Under the pieces are notes generated by a model. That model was not told the origin of the DNA. It was given only the letters and a program-made list of their open reading frames with translations, and ran no database searches. A stretch of 64,000 nt of DNA from an uncultured Acidobacteriota bacterium (GTDB lineage: Bacteria > Acidobacteriota > Thermoanaerobaculia > Multivoradales > UBA5704). The DNA lies in assembly GCA_963700145.1 (NCBI GenBank), contig OY969474.1, positions 4,864,001 to 4,928,000 on the forward strand. The letters run 5' to 3'. Position numbers and translations under genes: made by a program. Shown one piece after another: positions 38,714 through 48,513 of the stretch. Numbering within the stretch: position 1 is the first letter of the stretch; every line of letters starts with the position of its first letter.

Positions 38714-40342
38714 ATGACTACCCCACGCACACTCCTCGCGCCGGCCGCCCTGGCGGCGCTCGCCCTGCTCCTCGGCGTCGGGCCCGCGGCGCCCGCGGAC
38801 CACAACGACCCCAACGCGGTCAACTCGATCTTCGCGGACGTGCCGTTGAGCGCCGCCGACCTCTACGACTTCTTCGGCTTCCCCAGCGGCGACAAGCGCG
38901 GCGGCGAGAAGGTGGTCGTCGCCCTCACCTTCGCGCCGGTGCCGAAGACCGGGGTCTTCGACGCCGACCTGCTCTACCGGCTGCTGCTCGACCCGGACCC
39001 GCGCGTCGCCTCGCTGCGCGACGACCACAGCCTGACCGCGCTCCACATGCACGCCCGCGCCGTCAAGCGCCGCTTCGCCGCGCTCGATCCGGCGGAGGTG
39101 CGCGTCAAGGTCCGCCGCCCGGACCGGCGGGCGGAGGTCGACTTCCGCGGCTTCCCCGGCGGCGACTTCTCGAAGCTCCTGGCGACCAACAAGGTCGAGA
39201 CCGTGCGCTCGCCCGGCGGGCACACGATCCAGGTCTACATCGGCGGCCGCGACGACGCCTTCTTCAACGATCTGCCGGGGTTCTTCCGCTCGATCAACTA
39301 CGCGCCGCAGTTCTACAAGGTGCCGCAGGCCCGCACCGACCGGCGCGAGCTGGAGATCCCGAAGACGCTGATCGAGCTCGAAGGCAACGCGCTCTTCAAC
39401 TTCGACCCCAAGAACCCGAAGCTCGGCGAGGGGGTCAAGAAGCCGCTGCCGGGGGGCGAGCCGACCTGGCAGGGCGACCGCTTCGCCAAGGACCGCAACG
39501 GCAACTACCGCTTCGTCTACAGCGGCCGCGACGCGCAGGCCGGGCGCAACATCAACGCCATCATCCTGGAGCTGCCGCTGGCGTTCGTGACCCGGGCGCC
39601 CAAGACCGACCGCGTCGTCAGCGCCTGGGGCGAGAGCTGGGTGCTCAAGGCGGCGCGCAAGATCGAGGCGATCCCCGACGACGGCCAGAACGCGCACGGG
39701 CGGATCGAGTCGCGCGACGACCCCGAGCTGCAGAAGTACAAGCTCGTCGACACCGACGGCGTGCCGTTCGCCGACGCCGCCTTGAACGAGCGTGCGGACA
39801 GCCGGCAGCTCGGCGCCAACAACCAGCTTCTGGCGCGCGACTTCGTCACCCGCTTCGCCCACCTCGGCTGGGGGTTCGGTCCTTCGGTCTCCGCCCTCGG
39901 CCTCGGCACCTGCTTCGACCACGACGACTCGCCGGTCTCCCGGGTCGAGACCTACCGCTGGGCCATCCCCGCCTTCCGGCGGGTCAAGAAGTGCCTGTTC
40001 CAGGAGCTGAACATGCCGGACGCCTCCTGGAACCCGAAGAAGCTCCCGATCCGCCCCAAGAAAGCGGTCGAGATCTTCATCCCCAACGTCTGCGCCATCG
40101 ACATGGACACCACCGGCAGCTGGCCCTTCGGGCGGCGGCCGGAGGACCAGGTGGCAACGCGCTTCCTCTCGGTATTCCTCGACATGAAGGCGGGCTGCGG
40201 CGGCAAGCCCTGCACCCTGGAGAGCCTCGGCAGCCAGGCGCTCTGGAACAGCGTAAAGATCGAGCCCAAGACGCCGCCCAACCCGCTGCGCAACGACAAG
40301 CCGTTCCTCGCCCGCTTCCCCTACCTGGCGGACCCGTGGTAG
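38714..40342 (+). CDS. DUF4331-like secreted protein
   Basis: Signal peptide then ADHNDP..ADLYDFF; GGRDDAFFND; NINAIILELP; GRRPEDQV; NDKPFLARFPYLA. Confidence 0.8.
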   Translation: MTTPRTLLAPAALAALALLLGVGPAAPADHNDPNAVNSIFADVPLSAADLYDFFGFPSGDKRGGEKVVVALTFAPVPKTGVFDADLLYRLLLDPDPRVASLRDDHSLTALHMHARAVKRRFAALDPAEVRVKVRRPDRRAEVDFRGFPGGDFSKLLATNKVETVRSPGGHTIQVYIGGRDDAFFNDLPGFFRSINYAPQFYKVPQARTDRRELEIPKTLIELEGNALFNFDPKNPKLGEGVKKPLPGGEPTWQGDRFAKDRNGNYRFVYSGRDAQAGRNINAIILELPLAFVTRAPKTDRVVSAWGESWVLKAARKIEAIPDDGQNAHGRIESRDDPELQKYKLVDTDGVPFADAALNERADSRQLGANNQLLARDFVTRFAHLGWGFGPSVSALGLGTCFDHDDSPVSRVETYRWAIPAFRRVKKCLFQELNMPDASWNPKKLPIRPKKAVEIFIPNVCAIDMDTTGSWPFGRRPEDQVATRFLSVFLDMKAGCGGKPCTLESLGSQALWNSVKIEPKTPPNPLRNDKPFLARFPYLADPW

Positions 40343-41508
40343 CCGGCTGGGCGGTCGTCGCGCTCGCCGCCGTCCTGGCGGCGGTCCCGCCGGACGGCAC
40401 GGCGGAGCCGGCCGCCACCGACTACGACCGCGAGCGCGCCGCGCTGGCGCAGCGGATCGGCGAGCTGGAGGCGGCGGCGGGCGACCCGGCGGCCGACGCC
40501 GCCGCGGCCGCACGGCTCGCCGTGCAGCACTACCGCTATGCGACACTGAGCGGCGACTTCGCCGAGCTGCGGGCCGCGGAAGAGGCGATCGAGTGCGCCC
40601 ACGCCGCCCTCGGCCCGGCGCCCGACCTCGTCCTCCTCCGCGCGCAGCTCCACGCCGCGCTGCACCGGCTGCCCGCGGCGCGGCAGGACCTGGCGCGGCT
40701 GGCCAACCCGGCGGACCCGCGGGCCCGCGCCCTCGCCGCCGACCTCGACCTCCAGGAGGGGCGCTACCGGGACGCCCGGCGCGGCTACGCGGAGGCGCTG
40801 CGGCTGGAGCGGAGCTGGGACCACCTGGCGCGCCTGGCGTTCCTGGCCGCCAAGACCGGTGACGCGGCCGGCGCCGAGCGGCTGTACGCCGAGGCGCAGG
40901 AGCAGCTGACGGCCAAGGAGATGCGCCCGTACGCCTGGCTCGAGCTGCAGCGCGGCGTGCTCGACCTCGAGCGCGGCGACGCCGCCGCGGCGCTCGGCCG
41001 CTTCGAGCGCGCCGACCGCGCCTACTCCGGCTGGTGGCTGATCGAGGAGCACCTCGCCGAGGCGCTCCACCTCCTCGGGCGCAGCGACGAGGCGGTGGCG
41101 CGCTACAGGCGCGTCGTCGCGCGGGCGCCGCGTCCCGAGCTGCTGAGCGCGCTCGCCGGCGTCCTCGCGCCGTCCGACCCCGGCGCGGCCGCCGCCCTGG
41201 ACGCGGAAGCGGCGCGCCGCTTCGACGCCCAGTACGCCCTCTACCCGGAGGCCGCCGTCGGGCACCTCGTCGAGCACCGCCTGCGTCGCGGCGAGGCGGA
41301 CGCGCGGCTCCTGGCGCTGGCCGAGGCGAACCACCGCCTCCGCCCCGGCGCCGAGGCGAAGCTCCTCCTCGCCCGCGTCCACCTGGCGCTCGGCCAACGG
41401 GCGCCGGCTCGCAGCCTGATCGACGCCGTCCTCGCCACCCCCTGGAAGACCCCCGAGCTCGACCGCCTGGCGCGGGAGACCCGCGCGCCGCAGGCGCGCG
41501 GTCGCTGA
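40336..41508 (+). CDS. Tetratricopeptide repeat protein (DUF4331-associated type)
   Basis: Ala/Leu-rich helical repeats (GRYRDARRGYAEAL, GDAAGAERLYAEA, GRSDEAVARY); overlaps the DUF4331 gene. Confidence 0.8.
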   Translation: MVAGWAVVALAAVLAAVPPDGTAEPAATDYDRERAALAQRIGELEAAAGDPAADAAAAARLAVQHYRYATLSGDFAELRAAEEAIECAHAALGPAPDLVLLRAQLHAALHRLPAARQDLARLANPADPRARALAADLDLQEGRYRDARRGYAEALRLERSWDHLARLAFLAAKTGDAAGAERLYAEAQEQLTAKEMRPYAWLELQRGVLDLERGDAAAALGRFERADRAYSGWWLIEEHLAEALHLLGRSDEAVARYRRVVARAPRPELLSALAGVLAPSDPGAAAALDAEAARRFDAQYALYPEAAVGHLVEHRLRRGEADARLLALAEANHRLRPGAEAKLLLARVHLALGQRAPARSLIDAVLATPWKTPELDRLARETRAPQARGR

Positions 41509-41526
41509 CGACTGGGAGACCTCCTC

Positions 41527-44500
41527 ATGGTCAAACGCCTGCAATCGCGCAAATGGGTCGCCGTCCTGGTGATGATCGCCACCCTGGCGACGCTGCTCGC
41601 CGCCTGGGCGATCGTGCAGAGCGGCGAAGAGGCGAAGGCGGCGGGGGGAGCGGACTGCGCGCAGCTCGACCTCAAGAACCTGGTGGCGCGGGTCGGGCTG
41701 GCGCGCGGCGCCGACGAGCTCGCCTGGGACCTCACCCATCCGCCCTGCGCGCCGGAGGTGGCGGCGGCGATGGTGCGTCGCGACTGGGCGCTGCTGCCGG
41801 CCTACCTCGTCCTCGTCGTCGGGATGGTCCTGCTGCTCGCCAACCTGCGCCTGCTGGGGCCGCGGCAGCCCAGCGGGCTGCGCGAGGGGCAGCGGCGGTG
41901 GTGGCTCTGGGTCGGCATCGGCACGGCGCTCGCCCTGGCGGCGGTCGCCGCCGACGCGATCGAGAACCGCCTGCTCTCGCGCCTGCTGGTGACTTTCCGC
42001 TTCCCCGGCCTCGACCTCGCCTCGGCGATCGAGCAGATGAACCTCGCGACGCGGGTCAAGTGGGGCGCGCTCGCCGCCGTCGCCTTCCTGACCGCCGCCC
42101 TCTGGGCGTGGCGGCCGCGTTGGCCGGTCAACGTGGCGCCGCCGGCCGAGCCCAAGAAGAAGTTGCCGCGGGCGGTGCGCTGGGGCTGGCGGCTGAGCTG
42201 GGCCGTCGCGGTCCTCGGTGCCGCGGCGGCGGGTGTGCTCGTCGCCGGCCTGCTCCAGGCCGACGCCGGCCGCGCCGCCGCCGGCCTGCGTCTCGGTTGG
42301 GTCCTCCTCATCGTCTTCTGGATCTGCGCCTTCCTCCGCGCCGTCGGCGTCGCGGCGGAGCCGCTGGCCCGGCTGCCGATCGACACGGTCGAGCCGGAGA
42401 CGACCGGCGCCGGCGACGTGCCCGAGAGCGCCGCCCCGCCGCCCGGCAGCCGCTACGAGCGCGCCTACCCGCGCCCGCTCTGGCAGCGGGAGTGGAAGTT
42501 GACCAGCGGGCGACGCCGGGAGGTGGGGCTGGACCCGGACAGCGGGCGCGTCGGCGTCGGCCTCTCCGGCGGCGGCATCCGTGCCGCCACCATCGACCTC
42601 GGCCTTTTCCAGGGCATCGCAGATCTCGACGCGGAGGCCGGGCCGGCGGAGAAGGGGCGGCGGGTCCTCGAGCGCATCGACTTCCTCTCCACGGTCTCGG
42701 GCGGCGGCTACTTCGGCAGCTTCCTCGGCCGGCTCTGGACCCGCCGCTTCGTCAGCGGCCCCGGCGACGTTGCCAACGTCCTGCGCGGCGCCAACGCGGA
42801 CGGCCGCAACGTGCTGCGCTACCTGCGCGAGAACGGCCGTTACCTCTCGCCCAACGGCGCCGGCGACCTGCTGCAGGGGGGCGCGGCGGTGCTGCGCAAC
42901 TGGGTGGCGATCCAGATCGTGCTGCTCACCTTCCTGCTCACCGTCTTCGCCGGCCTGCAGGCGGCGCGGCCGGGGATGAACCGGGTGGCCGCCGCGCTGC
43001 CCGAAGGGCTGGGGCAGGCGTTCGCCCTCCACGGCGGGTTCTGGTGGAGCCCGTGGCTGCTCCTGCCGCTGCTCGCCTTCGCCCTCTTCGTCTTCCCCCT
43101 CGGCTGGGCCTACTGGATGGTCGAGCCCGTCGGGCCGGAATTCGCCGGCAGCGAGGAAGGGCGCACGCGGCGGCGGGTGCCGAAGCCGCGCTTCTGGGAC
43201 CGCTCGGCGATCGCGCCGGTCGCCGGCCTGCTCCTGGTGCTGGTCGCGGCCCTGGTCGTGGCCGGCGGGCCGTGGCGGCCGGCGGTGCAGGCCGTCGCGC
43301 AGATGATGGCGGCGACCGCCGCGCTCTCCCTCTTCTGGTGGCGCTACGCGGTGCACAAGGGGCGGCGGCGGGCCGGACAGGCGGAGCGGGAGGAGGAGCG
43401 GGCCGAGTCCCGCGACAGCACCTTGAGCGGCACCATGCCGACGCTCGAGGAGCGGCGGCTCGACCGCGCCATCCACGCCCACCTCGCCGAGCGGCAGTGG
43501 CTCACCACCCACCTCACCGGCGCGCTCCTGGTCACCGGCGTCCTGCTGACCCTGGCCCTCGTCGACTCGGCGGGGCAGTCGCTCTACGTCGCCCTGCTCG
43601 GGCCCGACCCCTGGAGCGGCTGGCTGGCCGGCTTCTACTCGGTCTTGCTGATGCTCGTCGGCTACGCGCGGAAGCTCGCCGTGGTCTTCACCCCGAAGGG
43701 CGGCGACAAGCGCCCGAGCCTGCCGGTCAACCTGATCGCCGGCTTCATCGCGTTCGTCCTGGTGGCCGTCATCCTCGTCTCCCTCAACGCCGTCTCGCAC
43801 GCCGTCGCCTGGCGGTTGAGCGCGCCGCGCGGGAGCACGGAGTGGCAGCAGGCCGAACGCTCCTGCCTGCAGGTCCGCCTGGAGGAGGACTGCGAGCCGG
43901 CGGCGCTGGTGAGCGCCAGCGCCACGTCCGGGAGGTTCCCGCTGCGGCAGGGCCGCGACTGGCAGCTCTCGCTCCTCGGCCTGGTGACCGGGTTCGTGCT
44001 CTCGATCTTCTTCGGCCAGACCTTCCCCTTCGTCAACCGCTCCTCGCACCAGTCGCTCTACAGCTCGCGGCTCACCCGCGCCTACCTCGGCGCCTCCAAC
44101 AAGCGGCGCTGGAGCGAGAGCGTCACCCGGGTCATCCGCGGCGACGACTGCGACCTGGCGCGCTACTGGCCGCCGCCGCCGACCAAGGCGGCGCCGATCC
44201 ACTTCATCAACGTCACCATCAACGAGACGGTCGGCGGGCGCTCGCAGGTCGAGCAGAAGGACCGCAAGGGGAGCATCCTGGCCCTCGGGCCTTTCGGCAT
44301 GAGCTGCGGCGTCGATCACCACGCGATCATCCCGCTCGGCCGCCTCGACCCGGTGGGGCGGGAGGTGACCGTGTTCCCGCAGGCCGAAGGCGAGTTCCGG
44401 GTCTTCGAGTACCCGCGCGCCGAGGGCGCCGGCCACCGCGTGTTCACCGGCGAGACGCTGCCGCTCGGGGACTGGGTGGGGATCTCGGGCGCCGCCTTCT

Positions 44501-45294
44501 CGACCGGCCTCGGCGCGCGCACCAGTCTCGGTCTGAGCCTTCTCTCCGGCTTCGGCAACGTGCGGCTCGGGCGCTGGTGGGACTCGGGCGTCGCCGTCGA
44601 CGCCCGCAGCGCCGCCGTACGGCCGACCTTCCTGGTAGGGCTCGAGCACTTCGCCGCCCGCCTCTTCCCGGTGCAGGTCTTCCTGCTCGACGAGTTCCTC
44701 GCCCGCTTCCACGGCACGGCGCGCCGCCACTGGTACCTCTCCGACGGCGGCCACTTCGAGAACATGGCCGGCTACGAGCTGATCCGCCGGCGGCTGCCGA
44801 TGATCGTCATCGTCGACGGCGAGCAGGACGGCAGCTACACCTTCGGCGGCCTCTCGAACCTGGTGCGCAAGGCGCGCATCGACTTCGGCGCCGAGGTCAA
44901 GTTCCTGAGCGACGAGGAGCTGAAGTCGGAGATCGACCCCAGGATGCGCGGCACGGTCGGCACGCTGGAGGACCTGCGGCTCGACCCCGACACCGGCTTC
45001 TCGAAGGCCCACGCGGCCCTCGGCCGCATCACCTACACCGACGGCGCCGCCCCGCCCAGCCGCCTGCTCTACATCAAGGCCTCCCTGACCGGCGACGAGG
45101 CAGCGGACGTCCTCGAGTACCACCGCGCCCACCCCAACTTCCCGCACGAGCCGACCAGCGACCAGTTCTTCGACGAGGCGCAGTGGGAGAGCTACCGCAA
45201 GCTCGGCGAGCACATCGCCCGCCGGCTCTTCCGCCGCCCCGGCGCCGGCGCCGGCAAGGCCGCGAAGAGCTGGTGGCCTGACGAGCTCGTGTAA
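41527..45294 (+). CDS. Large polytopic membrane patatin/cPLA2-like phospholipase
   Basis: GLSGGGIRAAT, LSTVSGGGY, LSDGGHFEN, FPHEPTSDQFFDEAQWESYRKLG; many TM helices. Confidence 0.88.
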   Translation: MVKRLQSRKWVAVLVMIATLATLLAAWAIVQSGEEAKAAGGADCAQLDLKNLVARVGLARGADELAWDLTHPPCAPEVAAAMVRRDWALLPAYLVLVVGMVLLLANLRLLGPRQPSGLREGQRRWWLWVGIGTALALAAVAADAIENRLLSRLLVTFRFPGLDLASAIEQMNLATRVKWGALAAVAFLTAALWAWRPRWPVNVAPPAEPKKKLPRAVRWGWRLSWAVAVLGAAAAGVLVAGLLQADAGRAAAGLRLGWVLLIVFWICAFLRAVGVAAEPLARLPIDTVEPETTGAGDVPESAAPPPGSRYERAYPRPLWQREWKLTSGRRREVGLDPDSGRVGVGLSGGGIRAATIDLGLFQGIADLDAEAGPAEKGRRVLERIDFLSTVSGGGYFGSFLGRLWTRRFVSGPGDVANVLRGANADGRNVLRYLRENGRYLSPNGAGDLLQGGAAVLRNWVAIQIVLLTFLLTVFAGLQAARPGMNRVAAALPEGLGQAFALHGGFWWSPWLLLPLLAFALFVFPLGWAYWMVEPVGPEFAGSEEGRTRRRVPKPRFWDRSAIAPVAGLLLVLVAALVVAGGPWRPAVQAVAQMMAATAALSLFWWRYAVHKGRRRAGQAEREEERAESRDSTLSGTMPTLEERRLDRAIHAHLAERQWLTTHLTGALLVTGVLLTLALVDSAGQSLYVALLGPDPWSGWLAGFYSVLLMLVGYARKLAVVFTPKGGDKRPSLPVNLIAGFIAFVLVAVILVSLNAVSHAVAWRLSAPRGSTEWQQAERSCLQVRLEEDCEPAALVSASATSGRFPLRQGRDWQLSLLGLVTGFVLSIFFGQTFPFVNRSSHQSLYSSRLTRAYLGASNKRRWSESVTRVIRGDDCDLARYWPPPPTKAAPIHFINVTINETVGGRSQVEQKDRKGSILALGPFGMSCGVDHHAIIPLGRLDPVGREVTVFPQAEGEFRVFEYPRAEGAGHRVFTGETLPLGDWVGISGAAFSTGLGARTSLGLSLLSGFGNVRLGRWWDSGVAVDARSAAVRPTFLVGLEHFAARLFPVQVFLLDEFLARFHGTARRHWYLSDGGHFENMAGYELIRRRLPMIVIVDGEQDGSYTFGGLSNLVRKARIDFGAEVKFLSDEELKSEIDPRMRGTVGTLEDLRLDPDTGFSKAHAALGRITYTDGAAPPSRLLYIKASLTGDEAADVLEYHRAHPNFPHEPTSDQFFDEAQWESYRKLGEHIARRLFRRPGAGAGKAAKSWWPDELV

Positions 45295-45411
45295 GGACCG
45301 GACGAGCTGGTGTAGGGACGGGAGGTGACGGCGAAGCCGCCTCCTCGGCCCGCTGAATGCTAGGCGGCCCGGCGAAGCGGGCGCCTCGACGGGCGACCCG
45401 CTGGGCCGGCC

Positions 45412-45521
45412 GGCGGATGGGCGGTCTTTTCAGCCGGATGGAGCAGGTACGCAGACGAATGGCCTGGGTACGGCGCCGACCTGTCCCATTCGCGCGCGTA
45501 CTATCCCATTCGTCGCCGTAC
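45412..45521. repeat. Left part of about 21-bp array (inverted units then direct units) split by IS21
   Basis: cg(g/a)atgg at 45414, 45435 and 45456, then cccattcg at 45485 and 45505. Confidence 0.65.
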
Positions 45522-45649
45522 TGTCGTTGGCCACGCGGATGCCCCCACTAGGGTGGGGGTTTAGCCAGAGCTAGGGACCAGGCTTTGGCCACGGATGGGA
45601 CCACCCTCATGTGGTAGGCCGGCCCTCTTGCGAGAGCAGGAGGTGTGCG

Positions 45650-47182
45650 GTGTCCTACCGGGAGGTGCACGTGGTCGAGGTCAGGGAAGTGGTCCGGCTG
45701 TGGTCGGCGGGCGAGTCGCAGCGGAAGACGGTGCGGCGGTACGTGAAGGCGGCCCTGCGGGCGGGGTGTCGGGTGGGCGAGCCGGCGTCGGACGAGGTCC
45801 TTGGCGAGGTGATTGGGCGAGTGCGGGCGCAGGGGCCTGGCGTGCGGGGTGGTTCGTGGGCCACGTGCACCGCGCACCGGGAGCTGCTGAGCGGCTGGCT
45901 CGACCAGCAGGTCCCCCTGAGCAAGGTGCAGGAGCTGCTGCACCGGCACGCGGGGGTGGTGGTGCCGTACCGGACTTTGCACCGGTATGCGGCACGGGAG
46001 CTCGGCTTTGGCGGCCGGCGGGTGACGGTGCGGGTGGCCGACGGCAAGCCGGGTGAGGAGCTGCAGCTGGATTTCGGGGCCGTGGGTTGGCTCCGCGAGG
46101 ACGGTCGGCGGCGGCGGGTGTGGGCGCTGGTGCTGACGGCGGTGGTGAGCCGCCACCAGTTTGTCTGGCTGACCTACCGCCAGAGCGTGGCCGACGTGGT
46201 GGCGGGGTGCGAGGCGGCGTGGGCGTTTTTCGGCGGGGTCTTCCGGGTCCTCATCCCCGACAATCTCAAGGCGATCGTGACGACGGCGGATCGGGATGCG
46301 CCGCGTCTGAATCCCGCCTTTGTCGAGTACGCGCAAGCCCGCGGTTTCGTGCTCGACCCGGCGCGGGTCCGTCATCCGCAGGACAAGGCGCGGGTCGAGC
46401 GCGCGGTGCAGTACGTGCAGACGTCGCTGTTTGCGGGCGAGACCTTCTTGGCGCTCGTCGAGGCGCAGACCGCGGCCGAGCGCTGGTGCCAGGTGACCGC
46501 CGGCGAGCGCGTCCACGGCACGACCCGACAGCGGCCGGCGGAGCACTTTGCGCGCGAGGAGCGGCAGCTCCTGCTGCCGGCTCCCGAGGTGCCCTACGAG
46601 GTGGCGCCCTGGAGCCAGGCTCGGGTGCAACGCGATCACCATCTGACGGCCGGCAAAGCGCTGTACTCGGTGCCGACGGCCTATCTCGGCGAGCGCGTCC
46701 AGGTGCGCCAGGGCCGCGACCTGGTGCGGATCTACCACCGCGGGCAGCTGGTCAAGGTGCACCCGCGCGTCGGACCCGGACAGCGCAGCACCGATCCAGC
46801 GGACTACCCGCCCGGGGTGCGCGAGCTGGCCTGTCGCGATCAGCAGACCTTGCTCGCGCAGGCCCGGGATGCCGGCCCGGCCATCGGCGTCTACGCCGAG
46901 CGCCTGCTCGACGCCCCCCAGCCGTGGGCGCGCATGCGCCACGTCTACCGCCTGCTCGGCCTGGTCCGCCGCTACGCGGCCCCGGCGGTCGAGCAGGCCT
47001 GTACCCGCGCGCTCGCGGCCGACGTCGTCGACGTCACGCGGGTGGCGCGGATGCTCGAGCAGGCGGTCGAGCAACGCCCTCTGCCGACACGGCCACGGCC
47101 CGGGGATGCCGCACCTCGCGAGCTGCGCTTCCTGCGCCGGCCGAGCGAGTATCGGCTGGGCCGCGGAGGCGACCATGAGTGA
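45650..47182 (+). CDS. istA: IS21 transposase IstA
   Basis: PGEELQLDFG, PDNLK, KARVER DDE motifs; YSVP. Confidence 0.93.
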   Translation: MSYREVHVVEVREVVRLWSAGESQRKTVRRYVKAALRAGCRVGEPASDEVLGEVIGRVRAQGPGVRGGSWATCTAHRELLSGWLDQQVPLSKVQELLHRHAGVVVPYRTLHRYAARELGFGGRRVTVRVADGKPGEELQLDFGAVGWLREDGRRRRVWALVLTAVVSRHQFVWLTYRQSVADVVAGCEAAWAFFGGVFRVLIPDNLKAIVTTADRDAPRLNPAFVEYAQARGFVLDPARVRHPQDKARVERAVQYVQTSLFAGETFLALVEAQTAAERWCQVTAGERVHGTTRQRPAEHFAREERQLLLPAPEVPYEVAPWSQARVQRDHHLTAGKALYSVPTAYLGERVQVRQGRDLVRIYHRGQLVKVHPRVGPGQRSTDPADYPPGVRELACRDQQTLLAQARDAGPAIGVYAERLLDAPQPWARMRHVYRLLGLVRRYAAPAVEQACTRALAADVVDVTRVARMLEQAVEQRPLPTRPRPGDAAPRELRFLRRPSEYRLGRGGDHE

Positions 47183-47933
47183 GCTGCTCTCGCCGGATCT
47201 CCGTGCGATGCGGCGGCGGCTCAAGCTCTCGCCGATGGCCGACACCCTGCCCGAGCGCTTGCGGCTGGCGCGGGAACGGGCCATGCCCCACCAGGACTTC
47301 TTGGAGCTGGTCCTCTCCGAAGAGTGCGAGCGGCGCAACCACCTGGCCGCGAGCCAGCGGGTCCAGAAGGCGCGCCTGGATCCAGCGCTCCATCTCGAAG
47401 CCTGGGACGATACGGCCAAGGTCACCTTCGACCGTCAGCTGCTCGCCGAGCTCGCCTCCTTGCGCTTCGTCGAGGCCTGCCAGAACGTGCTGCTCCTCGG
47501 GCCGGTCGGCGTCGGCAAAACCCACCTCGCAGCGGGTCTGGGACACCTCGCGTGCCGGCGCGGCTACAGCGTCCTTTTCGTGCGCACCGAGGGCATGCTC
47601 AAACAGCTGCGGGCCTCGCGCCTCGACCACAGCGTCGAGCGGGAGATGCGCCGCCTCATCGCGGTCGACCTGCTGGTCCTCGACGATTTTGGGCTCGACG
47701 CGCTCGATCCGACGGAGAGCCGTGACGTCTACGAGATCCTGCTCGAACGCCATCACCGGCGCTCGACCATCGTCACCTCCAACCGCGCCCCCGAGGAGTG
47801 GCTGGCGACGATGTCCGATCCCCTCCGCGCGCAAAGCGTCATCGACCGGCTCACGAACGCCGCCTACGAGCTCGTCCTCGACGGCGAGTCCTACCGCCGG
47901 CGCCAGAAGCCGAGCCTTCAAGGACGGTCGTGA
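47175..47933 (+). CDS. istB: IS21 helper ATPase IstB
   Basis: GPVGVGKT Walker A, LLVLDDFG Walker B, TSNR, DRL, GESYR. Confidence 0.95.
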   Translation: MSELLSPDLRAMRRRLKLSPMADTLPERLRLARERAMPHQDFLELVLSEECERRNHLAASQRVQKARLDPALHLEAWDDTAKVTFDRQLLAELASLRFVEACQNVLLLGPVGVGKTHLAAGLGHLACRRGYSVLFVRTEGMLKQLRASRLDHSVEREMRRLIAVDLLVLDDFGLDALDPTESRDVYEILLERHHRRSTIVTSNRAPEEWLATMSDPLRAQSVIDRLTNAAYELVLDGESYRRRQKPSLQGRS

Positions 47934-48145
47934 GCACGCCGCCGCCGGCTGGGGTGTCGGCCCTGCGGTGGGCGGCCCCCGTCCCCCGCCCCCGCCCACC
48001 TCCGGCCCGACACCCCAGCCGGCAAGGAACCAACGTCAACCAAGGGAGGCAGCGAGCCATCGAGGAGCCGTGACAACATCAACCCGGGTGGTCCCATGCT
48101 CGTGGCTAACACCCGGTCCCATCCCCGTGGCTAGCGACACCGTAC

Positions 48146-48265
48146 GGAGCCCATTCGTCCGCGTATCCAGCCATTCGCCGCTGCATCCGCCCCATTCGCC
48201 GCCCTATCCCTCCCGTTCGTCCGCGTACCCAGCCCATTCGCCGCCGTACCTGTCCCATTCCGCCG
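48146..48265. repeat. Right part of about 21-bp array (cccattcgccgccgtacctgt-like, about 6 units)
   Basis: ccattcg-like core recurring every 20-21 bp. Confidence 0.75.
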
Positions 48266-48513
48266 CGCCGACCGGCCCGCCGGCGCCTCGGCATGTCCGC
48301 CAAGAGCGATGGGGTGGATTTCTCCGCCTTATTCCCGCCCCCCGTCCCGCTCGAAAAAAAAGTCCGACTTGAACCCCCGGAGGGGAAGCATTCGGGCCCG
48401 TTTTGGGTTATAACCCGCGAATCGAAATCACGGGACGCGCCGCCCGCGTGGGCGAGCTGAGTTAACAACCAGGGTCGACTTCAGCAGCTTTGCGGCTGCA
48501 GCTACGGAGAGCC

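Larger units (their letters stand above)
45522..48139 (+). mobile_element. IS21-family insertion sequence, 2618 bp, 6-bp TSD CCGTAC
   Basis: IRL TGTCGTTGGCCACG and IRR complement TGTCGCTAGCCACG; internal repeats; CCGTAC at 45516-45521 and 48140-48145; istA-istB. Confidence 0.96.

Noticed and set aside
40321-45213. 1630-aa antisense ORF and other long Arg/Pro/Gly-rich shadow ORFs
   Set aside because: Expected in high-GC DNA opposite or off-frame to real genes; no recognisable motifs
48405-48416. GGGTTATAACCC palindrome as a regulator site
   Set aside because: Single occurrence with no assignable regulator or well-spaced -35 box
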